Source: Planctomycetota bacterium
GTDB lineage: Bacteria > Planctomycetota > PLA2 > JAEUHO01
Length of the DNA stretch: 64,000 nt
Assembly: GCA_050248855.1 (NCBI GenBank)
Contig: JBFWRP010000006.1
Coordinates: 32,001 to 96,000, forward strand
Direction of reading: 5' to 3'
The stretch's first letter is position 1. Every line of letters begins with the position of its first letter. Below are positions 10,534 through 18,754 of the stretch, piece by piece. The notes below the pieces were generated by a model. The model had not been told where the DNA came from, made no database searches, and was given only the letters and a program-made list of their open reading frames with translations. Both the position numbers and the translations under genes were made by a program.

Positions 10534-11214
10534 CTAGGAGGCCAGCGCGCGCGGGAAGAGGATGTTGTTCTCCAGGTGGATGTGCTCGTGGAGGGATCGC
10601 TCCAAGTCCGCCAAGCCATGCCAGAGGGCGGTCCACGTGTTGCACGCCCCCGCGGGAACCGTGTATCCGTCGGTCAGCTCGCGCAGCTGTTCCAGCAGCG
10701 TGCCCGCCTGGTCGTGTTCGAGCATCATCACGTGGACGGGACCCTGCGCCATGGCTCCCCGACCCGCGCGGATCATGGGGAACAGGATCATCTCCTCCTT
10801 GCGCATGTGGGGCTCGAGCTCGGCGCGCAGCTCGCTGCACACGCGCGAGATGGCACGTAGACGATCGGGGTCCTTGGGACCATGGACCGCGTGGACCTTG
10901 CGGGCCATGGCCTCGAGGCGGGGGAGCTCGTCGTCGAGGGGACGGTGGTACGTCTCGAGGATGTGGTCGATGAGCTCCCCCAGGGGAGCGTCGAGCCAGC
11001 GACGGGGCTGCGCCTCCGTCATTTCGAGCTCTGCTTGCAGCTCGGCGAGGACGCGGTCCACCTCCAAGCCCTTCGTGCTGCAGACGGCGCCAAGGGGTGC
11101 GCCACCGCCGCAGCAGTAGTCGATGCCGTGGCGCGTGAAGACGCGCGCCGTGAGGGGAGCGGTGGCCACGATGTGGCCCACCGGCGTGTCGGAACCGATA
11201 TCCTGGACGTGCAT
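10534..11214 (-). CDS. ric: Iron-sulfur cluster repair di-iron protein (RIC/YtfE/ScdA), cytoplasmic
   Basis: GIDYCCGG, HILETYH, HMRKEEMILFP, EHD and HIHLENNILFP. Confidence 0.95.
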   Translation of the reverse strand: MHVQDIGSDTPVGHIVATAPLTARVFTRHGIDYCCGGGAPLGAVCSTKGLEVDRVLAELQAELEMTEAQPRRWLDAPLGELIDHILETYHRPLDDELPRLEAMARKVHAVHGPKDPDRLRAISRVCSELRAELEPHMRKEEMILFPMIRAGRGAMAQGPVHVMMLEHDQAGTLLEQLRELTDGYTVPAGACNTWTALWHGLADLERSLHEHIHLENNILFPRALAS

Positions 11215-11218
11215 GGGA

Positions 11219-11836
11219 TCAACTCCTCGGGGAAGGGGACGTCACCAGCGGGGCGAACATCCGGAACAGCTCGTCCACGACCCGGTTCGGGGACGGCCGG
11301 CGTGGCCGTGCCGGACCCGGCGCGGGCGTGACGAGTGCGTGGACCGTGGACGTGAACACGACCTGCAACGTGGAGGGCGCAATGTCGGTGCGGATCTCGC
11401 CGCCACGGACACCCTCGGCGATCGCACCTCGGATGGCTTCCTGCGTCCGCCGGATCATTCCCTCCAGCTGCTCGACCCCTTGGGGCGGGAGGCTCAGGGC
11501 GGCCTCTTCCGAACGCAGCAGCCAGGCGATCCCCGGTTGGGCGCGCAGCAGCTGCACGCGCGCCAGGGCCAGCTGACGCAAGCGGGCCAGGGGAGCGTCG
11601 TCGCCCGGGGGGAGGGTCTCGGCGAGGAGCGCCACGGCCCGCTGCACGGCCTCGTCGAGGATCGCCTCGCGCGTGGCGAAGTGCCGGAACAGCGCACCTG
11701 ACGTCAGGCCCACGCTCGATGCGAGGGATGTCGTCGTCAGGGCGGTGAGCCCTCGCCGGCCGATGATGTCCAGCGCCGCATCGGCGATCTGCGCGCGGCG
11801 CACGGTGCCTGGAAGTCGTTGGCGGCGGCTGGCCAT
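11219..11836 (-). CDS. TetR/AcrR family transcriptional regulator
   Basis: N-terminal HTH RRAQIADAALDII...LASSVGLTSGALFRHF. Confidence 0.9.
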   Translation of the reverse strand: MASRRQRLPGTVRRAQIADAALDIIGRRGLTALTTTSLASSVGLTSGALFRHFATREAILDEAVQRAVALLAETLPPGDDAPLARLRQLALARVQLLRAQPGIAWLLRSEEAALSLPPQGVEQLEGMIRRTQEAIRGAIAEGVRGGEIRTDIAPSTLQVVFTSTVHALVTPAPGPARPRRPSPNRVVDELFRMFAPLVTSPSPRS

Positions 11837-11843
11837 GGCGTGG

Positions 11844-11872
11844 AAAGTAAGTAAGAACTTGCTTGCTTGCAA
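11844..11872 (-). promoter_or_regulatory. Sigma70-type promoter for tetR-ric with overlapping palindromic operator
   Basis: Minus strand reads TTGCAA-17 nt-TACTTT, ending 7 nt before the tetR ATG; imperfect palindrome AAGTAAGTAAG-AA-CTTGCTTGCTT at 11845-11868. Confidence 0.65.
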
Positions 11873-11930
11873 CTTTTTCCCTGGCGTGGGGGGGGACACG
11901 GGGATGACGCGTCGGCCGCCGTCGGCTCCG

Positions 11931-13724
11931 CTACGGCAGGTCCGGGGAGGCGCGGCCCAGCGCCGCATCCACGGAGAGCGGTCCCGAGCCACGCCACGCC
12001 ACGAGCAGCAGGGTGAACAGGACGAACGCGGCCAGCTGGAAGCCCTCGTTGGTCCCCAGCAGATCGCGCGGGCCCCCTTCCCCGAACAGGTGCATGCCGA
12101 CGGCGCCTACCAAGACGACGGCGTTGGCGAGCGCGGCGATCCGCGTGAAGAAGCCCAGGGCCAGCATGATGCCGCCCACGCCGTGGGCGAGCACGACGCA
12201 CCAGCTCACGAACGTCTGCCAGTCCGGCAGGGGCCCGGCCAGACGCTGCTCGATGTCGTTCATGTTGCTGACGAAGTAGACGCCCTTGATCATCAGCGCG
12301 ATCCCCAGGTAGATGCGCAGGAGGTCGGCCGGGCGAACGCGCTGGAGAAGTGCTGCCAGGCGCGGGCGCGGCGGGCGAGCCACGCGGCGGGCGCGTGCCT
12401 CGCGCTCACGAGCGGCCATCGCGGCCTCGTACTCCTCGCGCGCCACCTTCTCTTCCGCGGGACTGAAGCGGACCAGGAGGGCCGCGAAGGAGAACGCGCA
12501 GACCAGCGCGCCGAGCAGCAGCAGGACGCCTGCGTAGGCGGAGGTTTCCGTGCGGAACAGGAACCCCGCTGACACGGCGCCCAGGTTGCCGCCGGCTCCG
12601 ACGATGCCTGACACCGAGCCGAGCGCCTTGCGGTTGATGAAGGGGACGACGGAGTAGGTCGCGCCTTCGGACATCTGGACGAACAGGCTGAAGACGATCA
12701 TCACGGGGATCGCGACGGCCAGCACGCGAGCCTGGCTGAATGCGACCAGGGCGAGGCCTTCGCAGAGCACGGCAAGGAAGAGCCACCGCACGCGCCCGCC
12801 CAGGCCGTGGCGGCCCACGAAGCGGTCACTGACGTAGCCGCCGAGGGTGCGCGCGAAGATGTTCATCAGACCGAACAAGCCGGCCACGAGGCCCGCGGTG
12901 GCGATGCCGAGCCCGAACACGTCGGCGTAGTAGAGGGCGGCGACGTTGTTGATCGTGAGCTCGATGCCGAAGCAGCAGGCGTAGACGAGGAAGAGCGCCC
13001 AGACGCGGCGGTCCCGCATGGCAGCGCGCAGGCCTCCCCCGGAGGACGAGCGGGCCGCCGGGGCCAGGCCGCGCGCCCGGAGCTCGGCGAGGTTGCCGTG
13101 GGGCGTGTCCGTCGTCAGGAAGAAGTAGGCCACGCCGACCAGGAAGCAGACGATCCCGGCCGCCAGCATCGACAGCCTCCAGCTGGCGCTGGTCGAGAAG
13201 CCCAGGCCGACGAAGGCCGCAAGGACCAGAGGCATCACGATCTGCGTGACGCCGCCGCCCAGGTTGCCCCACCCCGCGCTCGTCGCGTTGGCCGTGCCGA
13301 CGCAGTTGGGCGCGAACATCACGGACGTGTGGTACTGCGTGATCACGAACGACGCGCCGATCACGCCGATGCCCAACCGGGCCAGGAGGAAGCTCTCGTA
13401 CGAGCTGGCGAGGCCGATCGCCATGACGGGTAGGGAGCCGAGCGTGAGGAGCAGGGTGTAGGCGATGCGAGGACCGATGCGGTCGCAGAGCCAGCCGATG
13501 AGGAGACGGGCCAGGATCGTGATGCCGACCGACGCGATCATCGTGTTGGCCACCTGGGTCGGCGTCAGCGCGAGCTCCTTGCGGACGATGAGCATCAGGG
13601 GCGCGATGCCGAACCAGGCGAAGAAGCAGAGGAAGAACGAGAACCAGGCCATGTGGAAGGCACGCATGGGCCTCGTCCGGAAGTCGAACAAGCTGATGCG
13701 TGTCGCCTTGCCCGAGTCGTCCAC
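11931..13724 (-). CDS. narK: NarK1/NRT2-type nitrate transporter fused to a C-terminal DoxX domain
   Basis: GTG start after GGGAGAG; FHMAWFSFFLCFFAWF, AGWGNLGGG, FGIELT, FARTLGG and GAGGNLG; C-terminal LLRIYLG...LGFFTRIAA...GSGPLSVD (DoxX). Confidence 0.9.
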   Translation of the reverse strand: MDDSGKATRISLFDFRTRPMRAFHMAWFSFFLCFFAWFGIAPLMLIVRKELALTPTQVANTMIASVGITILARLLIGWLCDRIGPRIAYTLLLTLGSLPVMAIGLASSYESFLLARLGIGVIGASFVITQYHTSVMFAPNCVGTANATSAGWGNLGGGVTQIVMPLVLAAFVGLGFSTSASWRLSMLAAGIVCFLVGVAYFFLTTDTPHGNLAELRARGLAPAARSSSGGGLRAAMRDRRVWALFLVYACCFGIELTINNVAALYYADVFGLGIATAGLVAGLFGLMNIFARTLGGYVSDRFVGRHGLGGRVRWLFLAVLCEGLALVAFSQARVLAVAIPVMIVFSLFVQMSEGATYSVVPFINRKALGSVSGIVGAGGNLGAVSAGFLFRTETSAYAGVLLLLGALVCAFSFAALLVRFSPAEEKVAREEYEAAMAAREREARARRVARPPRPRLAALLQRVRPADLLRIYLGIALMIKGVYFVSNMNDIEQRLAGPLPDWQTFVSWCVVLAHGVGGIMLALGFFTRIAALANAVVLVGAVGMHLFGEGGPRDLLGTNEGFQLAAFVLFTLLLVAWRGSGPLSVDAALGRASPDLP

Positions 13725-13780
13725 GGCACTCTCCCGGGCCGCCGGACCTTGCAGGGAGGCAGCCGGCCGTGTCGCGTCCA

Positions 13781-13796
13781 CGCACGCGCCGTGCCG
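13781..13796 (-). promoter_or_regulatory. Putative sigma54 -24/-12 promoter for narK-doxX
   Basis: Minus strand CGGCACGGCGCGTGCG fits GGCACG-N4-(T/G)TGC, about 57 nt upstream of the start. Confidence 0.6.
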
Positions 13797-14006
13797 GTGC
13801 GCGGGGGGGGTGCAGCGCGCAACGTCTCCGGGCGCGCCAGGGCGTGTACCCCTTCGCAGGCCCCCGATCGGCTCTTGGGGTTCGTCGCGTGAGCCGACGG
13901 CCAGGTGGTGGCGACAGCCGTGCATCCTCCGGTATGCGGCGGCAGGCGGCCTCCTGCGTGGGCCGCAGGCAGACGCAGCGGTTCCCGGGGGATAGGCTTG
14001 AGGCTC

Positions 14007-16169
14007 ATGCGCGACCCGCTGGGCAACGTCTCCGTCCGCTGGAAGCTGCCCCTTGGCTTTCTCGCCGTGTGCCTGGTCTCGTTCGGCCTGGGGGGCTGGA
14101 TCCTGACCCGATCCATCGAGTCCGCGCTGATGGAGCAGATCGACCAGCGGCTCGACGAGCGGGCCGTGGCCACCGGGCTGGTCGTCCAGCGGCAGCAAGA
14201 CCTGTACGTGCGGCGCGTCGAGGACTTCGCGAGCGACGGATACATCCGGGCGCGCGTTGCGGAGCTGCTGGAGGCCCAGGAGGGGTCCAGCGCCGCCCGT
14301 GATGCGCTGGCGCGCCACTTGGCCCAGAACAAGCTCGCCCTGTCGCCCGTCCTGGCGGCGGCGCACGTCCTGGGACCTGGAGGCGAGCTCCTGCTCTCGG
14401 TCCCGCCGGACGCCCGCCTCGACGGGCTTCCGGCGAGCGGCCAGGCGTCCGCCATCGGGCCGCTCCGCGAGCCGGAGTCCCCACGGGACCATCCCGCCTT
14501 CACGATTGCCACGCCGCTCCGCGCCCTCGATGGCCAGGGGGACCTGGGACGGCTCGCCATCGTCCTGCGGGCCGACCGGTGGGCATCCGAGCTGCACGCT
14601 GCCGAGCGGGCGTCCGCCCTGCCACTACTCGCGGTGGGCCTACTGGATCCCGAAGGAGGCAGGCTGGTCGTGGAGTCCTCGGCGGCGGCGCCTCCCACGT
14701 CGCAGGCCAGGACCCATCAGCTGGCCAACGGCTGGTCGCTCGAGCTCGTCGTCGACCGTGACCGTGCCCTGGAGCCGGTTGCGCGCCTCTTGCGGTACGT
14801 GTTCGTGGTCGGCGCGGGCCTGCTGGCGCTCGTCGGCCTCGTGCTGTTCTTCCCCTTGCGCTTCCTTCTCGCGCCGCTGTCGCGGATCGCCGAGGCGGCG
14901 CGTCGCGTGGCGGCCGGGGACTTCGCCGCGCGCGTCGACGCCACGTCGGGCGACGAGATCGGTGAGCTGGGAAAGGCCTTCAACATCATGGCCGCCGCCG
15001 TGGAGGAGCGGACAGGCGGCCTCCAGCGGGCCGCCGAGGACCTCCGGAGCCGCCAGCAGGAGATCCGGCTCGAGCGCGACCGTCTCGAGGCCGTCATCCA
15101 CTCGATGGAAGACGGCTTGTTCATCCTGGATGCCGAGGGTCGCGTCGTCCTGGCCAACGCAGCGGCGCGGCCGTTGGTGGACGCGCTTGCGGCGGACTCG
15201 CTCCGGGGGCTGGAGTGCGGCCACCTCGAGGCCACGCAGAGGAACTGCTCCAAGTGCCTGACCGGCATCCATCGCGAGCAACAGACCTGCGTCCTCGAGC
15301 GGGATGGCCGGATCTACGAGATCCACACGACCACGCTGCCCGCCGCTCCGGGCACGAGACCCAGCCGGTTGTGCGTGAGTCGTGACATGACGGAGCGCAT
15401 CGCACGCCAGGAGACCCACGCCCACCAAGAGCGCATGGCCGTGTTGGGGGAAGTCGCTGCGGTCATGGCACACGAGCTGAACAACCCCCTTGCGGCCATC
15501 AGCATGTTCGGCGAGATGCTGGAGCCTGGCGCCAAGGACCAGGACCAAGTGGCCGAGTGCGCTGCGGTGATCCGACGCAACGCCGCGGCGTGCAAGCGCA
15601 CGATTGCCGGCCTCCTCGACCTGGCGGCGCGCGGCCAGCTCGAGATGGTCGAGTTCGACCTGCACCTGCTGCTCGACGAGGTGAAGACGCTGCTGCGCCC
15701 CGTGGCCGAGCGTGCCCGCGTTTCCATCCAGCTGGCCGAGGGCGCATCCGACCCGACCCTGTTCGGCGACGAGGTCCGCTTGCGGCAGGTGTTCATCAAC
15801 CTCGTGATGAACGCCTTGCAGGCCACGGGGCCCGGCGGTCGCGTCACGATCCAGACGGAGGACGCGGCGGCGGGTGTACTGGTTCGTGTTGCCGACACGG
15901 GAGCCGGGATCCCGGAGTCGGTGCGCGAGCGGGTCTTCGAGCCGTTCTTCACGACCAAGGGTGTAGGCGCGGGAACGGGACTCGGGCTTCCGACCTCCCG
16001 CCGGATCGTCCAGGAGCATGGCGGGCGCCTCGCGTTGGATGCGACCGGACCGGGCGGCACCACGTTCTCCGTCTATCTCGTGCGCAAGCCGGCCTACCGG
16101 GACTGGGAGGCGCGGGCGCGGCGTCAAGCCGGGGTGGTGTCGAATCGCCCGGCGGAGCCCCTGGCATGA
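14007..16169 (+). CDS. Membrane sensor histidine kinase (periplasmic domain, HAMP, Cys-rich PAS, HisKA, HATPase)
   Basis: Two TM segments, HAMP (DEIGELGKAFN), PAS, AHELNNPL, and N/G1/F/G2 boxes (NLVMNA, DTGAGI, FEPFFTTK, GTGLGL). Confidence 0.93.
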   Translation: MRDPLGNVSVRWKLPLGFLAVCLVSFGLGGWILTRSIESALMEQIDQRLDERAVATGLVVQRQQDLYVRRVEDFASDGYIRARVAELLEAQEGSSAARDALARHLAQNKLALSPVLAAAHVLGPGGELLLSVPPDARLDGLPASGQASAIGPLREPESPRDHPAFTIATPLRALDGQGDLGRLAIVLRADRWASELHAAERASALPLLAVGLLDPEGGRLVVESSAAAPPTSQARTHQLANGWSLELVVDRDRALEPVARLLRYVFVVGAGLLALVGLVLFFPLRFLLAPLSRIAEAARRVAAGDFAARVDATSGDEIGELGKAFNIMAAAVEERTGGLQRAAEDLRSRQQEIRLERDRLEAVIHSMEDGLFILDAEGRVVLANAAARPLVDALAADSLRGLECGHLEATQRNCSKCLTGIHREQQTCVLERDGRIYEIHTTTLPAAPGTRPSRLCVSRDMTERIARQETHAHQERMAVLGEVAAVMAHELNNPLAAISMFGEMLEPGAKDQDQVAECAAVIRRNAAACKRTIAGLLDLAARGQLEMVEFDLHLLLDEVKTLLRPVAERARVSIQLAEGASDPTLFGDEVRLRQVFINLVMNALQATGPGGRVTIQTEDAAAGVLVRVADTGAGIPESVRERVFEPFFTTKGVGAGTGLGLPTSRRIVQEHGGRLALDATGPGGTTFSVYLVRKPAYRDWEARARRQAGVVSNRPAEPLA

Positions 16170-17584
16170 GCACGCACCCTGGACCTGCGAGCTCCACTCG
16201 AGGGGGGGCCTTCCGGGTTCTCGTCGTCGACGACGAGGACGACGTACGGCGTGGCCTGGCCCTGCTCTCCAAGGACGTCGGGGGCGACGTACGCGATGCC
16301 AGCAGCGCGGAAGCAGCCTTGTCCGTGGTACGGGCGTGGGATCCGCACGTGGTGGTCAGCGACATCACGATGCCGGGGCTCTCGGGCCTTGACCTCCTGG
16401 ACGAGCTGCACCGCACGCGACCGCACGTGCGGGTCGTCCTGATCACGGGCTTCGGGACGATCGAGATGGCGGTCTCGGCCCTGCAGCGGGGTGCCTCGCA
16501 CTTCCTGACCAAGCCCTTCGAGAACGAGGAGGTGCGCGAGACCGTAAGCCGACTCGGCCGCGAAGCCCTGTTGGACGAGCAGCTCCGCGCCGCCCGGGCC
16601 GAGGACCTCCGGCGCGGGCAGTTCGTCGCGCGCGACCGCGTCATGGACCCCGTCCTGCACAAGATCGCGCAGGTGGCCCCGACCTCGATGTCCGTGTTGA
16701 TCACGGGGGAGAGCGGCACCGGGAAGGAGCTGGCGGCACGCGCCATCCACCGTCAGAGCTCCGTGGCCGACCGTCCCTTCGTCGCCCTGAACACGGCCGC
16801 CCTGCCCGACGCCTTGCTGGAATCCGAGCTGTTCGGACATGCCCGCGGCGCGTTCACGGGCGCCACGAAGGATCGGCAGGGCCTCTTCCAGCAAGCCGCA
16901 GGAGGGACGGTCTTCCTGGACGAAGTGGGCTTCATGTCCCCGGCGTTCCAGGTGAAGCTGCTGCGCGTGCTGCAGGACCGGACGGTGGTTCCGCTTGGCA
17001 CGTCCAAGGCCGTCCCGGTCGACTTCCGGCTTGTCGCGGCGACGGCCCAGGATCTGCGCGAGCAGATGGCGGCGGGTCTCTTCCGCGAGGATCTCTTCTA
17101 CCGACTCAACGTCGTGCCGATCGAGATGCCTCCCTTGCGCGAGCGTCCCGCGGACATCGTCCCCCTGGCGGCGCACTTCCTGGCCCGCTATGCGGACTGC
17201 GTACCGGGCCTGGCCGGGCGCGCCCTGACCCTGTCGCGCGAAGCGCTCCAGCTCCTGACGAGCTACTCGTGGCCCGGCAACGTGCGCGAGCTGGAGAACG
17301 CGGTGCAGCGGGCTCTCGTGCTTTCGGGGGGTGAGCCGATCCAACCCGAGCACCTGGGCCTGCCCCCGGAGGGTGCGTACACGCCGGACGAGTCCACGTC
17401 GTCGTACGAGGAAGCCAAGGAGGCCGCCGTTCGCTCCTTCCAGCGTGGCTTCATCGAGCGGGCCCTGGCGCGCTCGGGGGGCAACGTCACCCGGGCTGCC
17501 GAGTCATGCGGCATGACCCGCGCCGCCCTCCAACGCATCCTCCGGGCCCTGGACATCGACCGCGGCGCCTTCGCCTCCGACTGA
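16166..17584 (+). CDS. Sigma54-dependent response regulator (NtrC/AtoC family)
   Basis: Receiver domain (VVDDE, D-ITMPG), GESGTGKE, ESELFGH, GAFTGA, FLDE and Fis-type HTH. Confidence 0.95.
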   Translation: MSTHPGPASSTRGGAFRVLVVDDEDDVRRGLALLSKDVGGDVRDASSAEAALSVVRAWDPHVVVSDITMPGLSGLDLLDELHRTRPHVRVVLITGFGTIEMAVSALQRGASHFLTKPFENEEVRETVSRLGREALLDEQLRAARAEDLRRGQFVARDRVMDPVLHKIAQVAPTSMSVLITGESGTGKELAARAIHRQSSVADRPFVALNTAALPDALLESELFGHARGAFTGATKDRQGLFQQAAGGTVFLDEVGFMSPAFQVKLLRVLQDRTVVPLGTSKAVPVDFRLVAATAQDLREQMAAGLFREDLFYRLNVVPIEMPPLRERPADIVPLAAHFLARYADCVPGLAGRALTLSREALQLLTSYSWPGNVRELENAVQRALVLSGGEPIQPEHLGLPPEGAYTPDESTSSYEEAKEAAVRSFQRGFIERALARSGGNVTRAAESCGMTRAALQRILRALDIDRGAFASD

Positions 17585-17616
17585 CCGGGCTTGGCCAGGT
17601 CCCGACGCGCGCTGAC

Positions 17617-17646
17617 TGCATCCACGGACTGCATCCAGATGGTGCG
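17617..17646 (+). promoter_or_regulatory. Putative enhancer (UAS) sites for the NtrC-family activator
   Basis: Overlapping TGCA-N9-TGCA and TGCATCCAGATGGTGCG, resembling the NtrC site TGCACCA-N3-TGGTGCA, about 170 nt upstream of the putative sigma54 site. Confidence 0.45.
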
Positions 17647-17809
17647 CGAAGCCCGCCAGGTGCTGCCTCGCGTATGCAGCTCGCGAGACCGATGCAATCG
17701 GGCCTGCTGCCCCGGGCGCGGGTTCCCGCCGCGTACGCGCGTAGGCGGCGGCCCCTGAAGCGAAGCCCGAGGCGGCCGATCCATGGGCCTCCGTGCGCGC
17801 GTGGGCGTT

Positions 17810-17825
17810 CGGCACGGTTTTTCCA
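17810..17825 (+). promoter_or_regulatory. Putative sigma54 promoter of the nar-act-nod operon
   Basis: CGGCACGGTTTTTCCA: good -24 element, but -12 reads TTCC instead of TTGC. Confidence 0.45.
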
Positions 17826-17857
17826 AGGCGCCTCCCCAGCCCACGGGGGACGCCACC

Positions 17858-18754
17858 TTGACGACGACGCACCGCTTCCTGATCGCCGCGGCGCTGCTTG
17901 CGGGCCTCGTGGCTGCGAGCCGTCCGGCCGTGGCTCGCGACCCGGTAGCCGAGGACTTCCGCCAGAGCTGCTCGAGCTGCCACACGATCGGCGGAGGGCG
18001 CCTGGCGGGGCCGGACCTCAAGGGCGTCGGCGAGCGGCGCGACCTCGAGTGGCTCGTCCGGTTCGTCCTGGATCCGGGCGCGGTCATCGACGCCGGTGAC
18101 CCCACGGCCGTCGAGCTGCTCGCCACGCACAACAACGTCCGCATGCCCGCCGTCCCGGGCATGACACGGGCTCGGGCCGAAGCCCTCTTGGCGCTGATCG
18201 CGCGCGAGTCACGGCTCGACGAGTCGCAGTTCCAGGGACTGGCGATGAGCACGCGCCCCTTCACACCGGCCGATGTCGCCCGAGGCCGCGACCTGTTCCT
18301 CGGCACGGCGAGCCTGGCGAACGGTGGGGCCTCGTGCATGAGCTGCCACGCCTGCGGCCAGCTCCCGCTCGCTGGCGGCGGCCGCCTGGGACCGGACCTG
18401 ACCAAGGTGTTCGAGCGCTACGCCGACCGCAAGACCCTGGGGGCCTGGCTGGGTGCACCCGCGACGCCCACGATGGCGCCCACCTTCCGCGACCGACCGC
18501 TGGACGTGGAGACGGAGGTGTTGCCGCTCGTCGCGTTCTTCGAGCACGCCTCGCGTACGGCCCAGGAAGAGCAGGGACGCACGCCGATGACCCTGTTCTT
18601 CCTGTTGTCCGCGGCCTGTGCCGGCGCCCTTCTTGCGCTCGGCGGACGGGTTTGGGGGCGGCGCTTCCGCGCCGTGCGCCGGCCGCTCGTCCGGGCTGCG
18701 TCATGGAGCGGGAGGGGCAGCGGCCCTGCGCCGTCGGAGAGGAGCTCGTCATGA
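17858..18754 (+). CDS. Membrane-anchored diheme cytochrome c (NarC-like)
   Basis: TTG start after GGGGGA, signal peptide, CSSCH and CMSCH each followed by GPDL, C-terminal TM; overlaps the narG start. Confidence 0.88.
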   Translation: MTTTHRFLIAAALLAGLVAASRPAVARDPVAEDFRQSCSSCHTIGGGRLAGPDLKGVGERRDLEWLVRFVLDPGAVIDAGDPTAVELLATHNNVRMPAVPGMTRARAEALLALIARESRLDESQFQGLAMSTRPFTPADVARGRDLFLGTASLANGGASCMSCHACGQLPLAGGGRLGPDLTKVFERYADRKTLGAWLGAPATPTMAPTFRDRPLDVETEVLPLVAFFEHASRTAQEEQGRTPMTLFFLLSAACAGALLALGGRVWGRRFRAVRRPLVRAASWSGRGSGPAPSERSSS

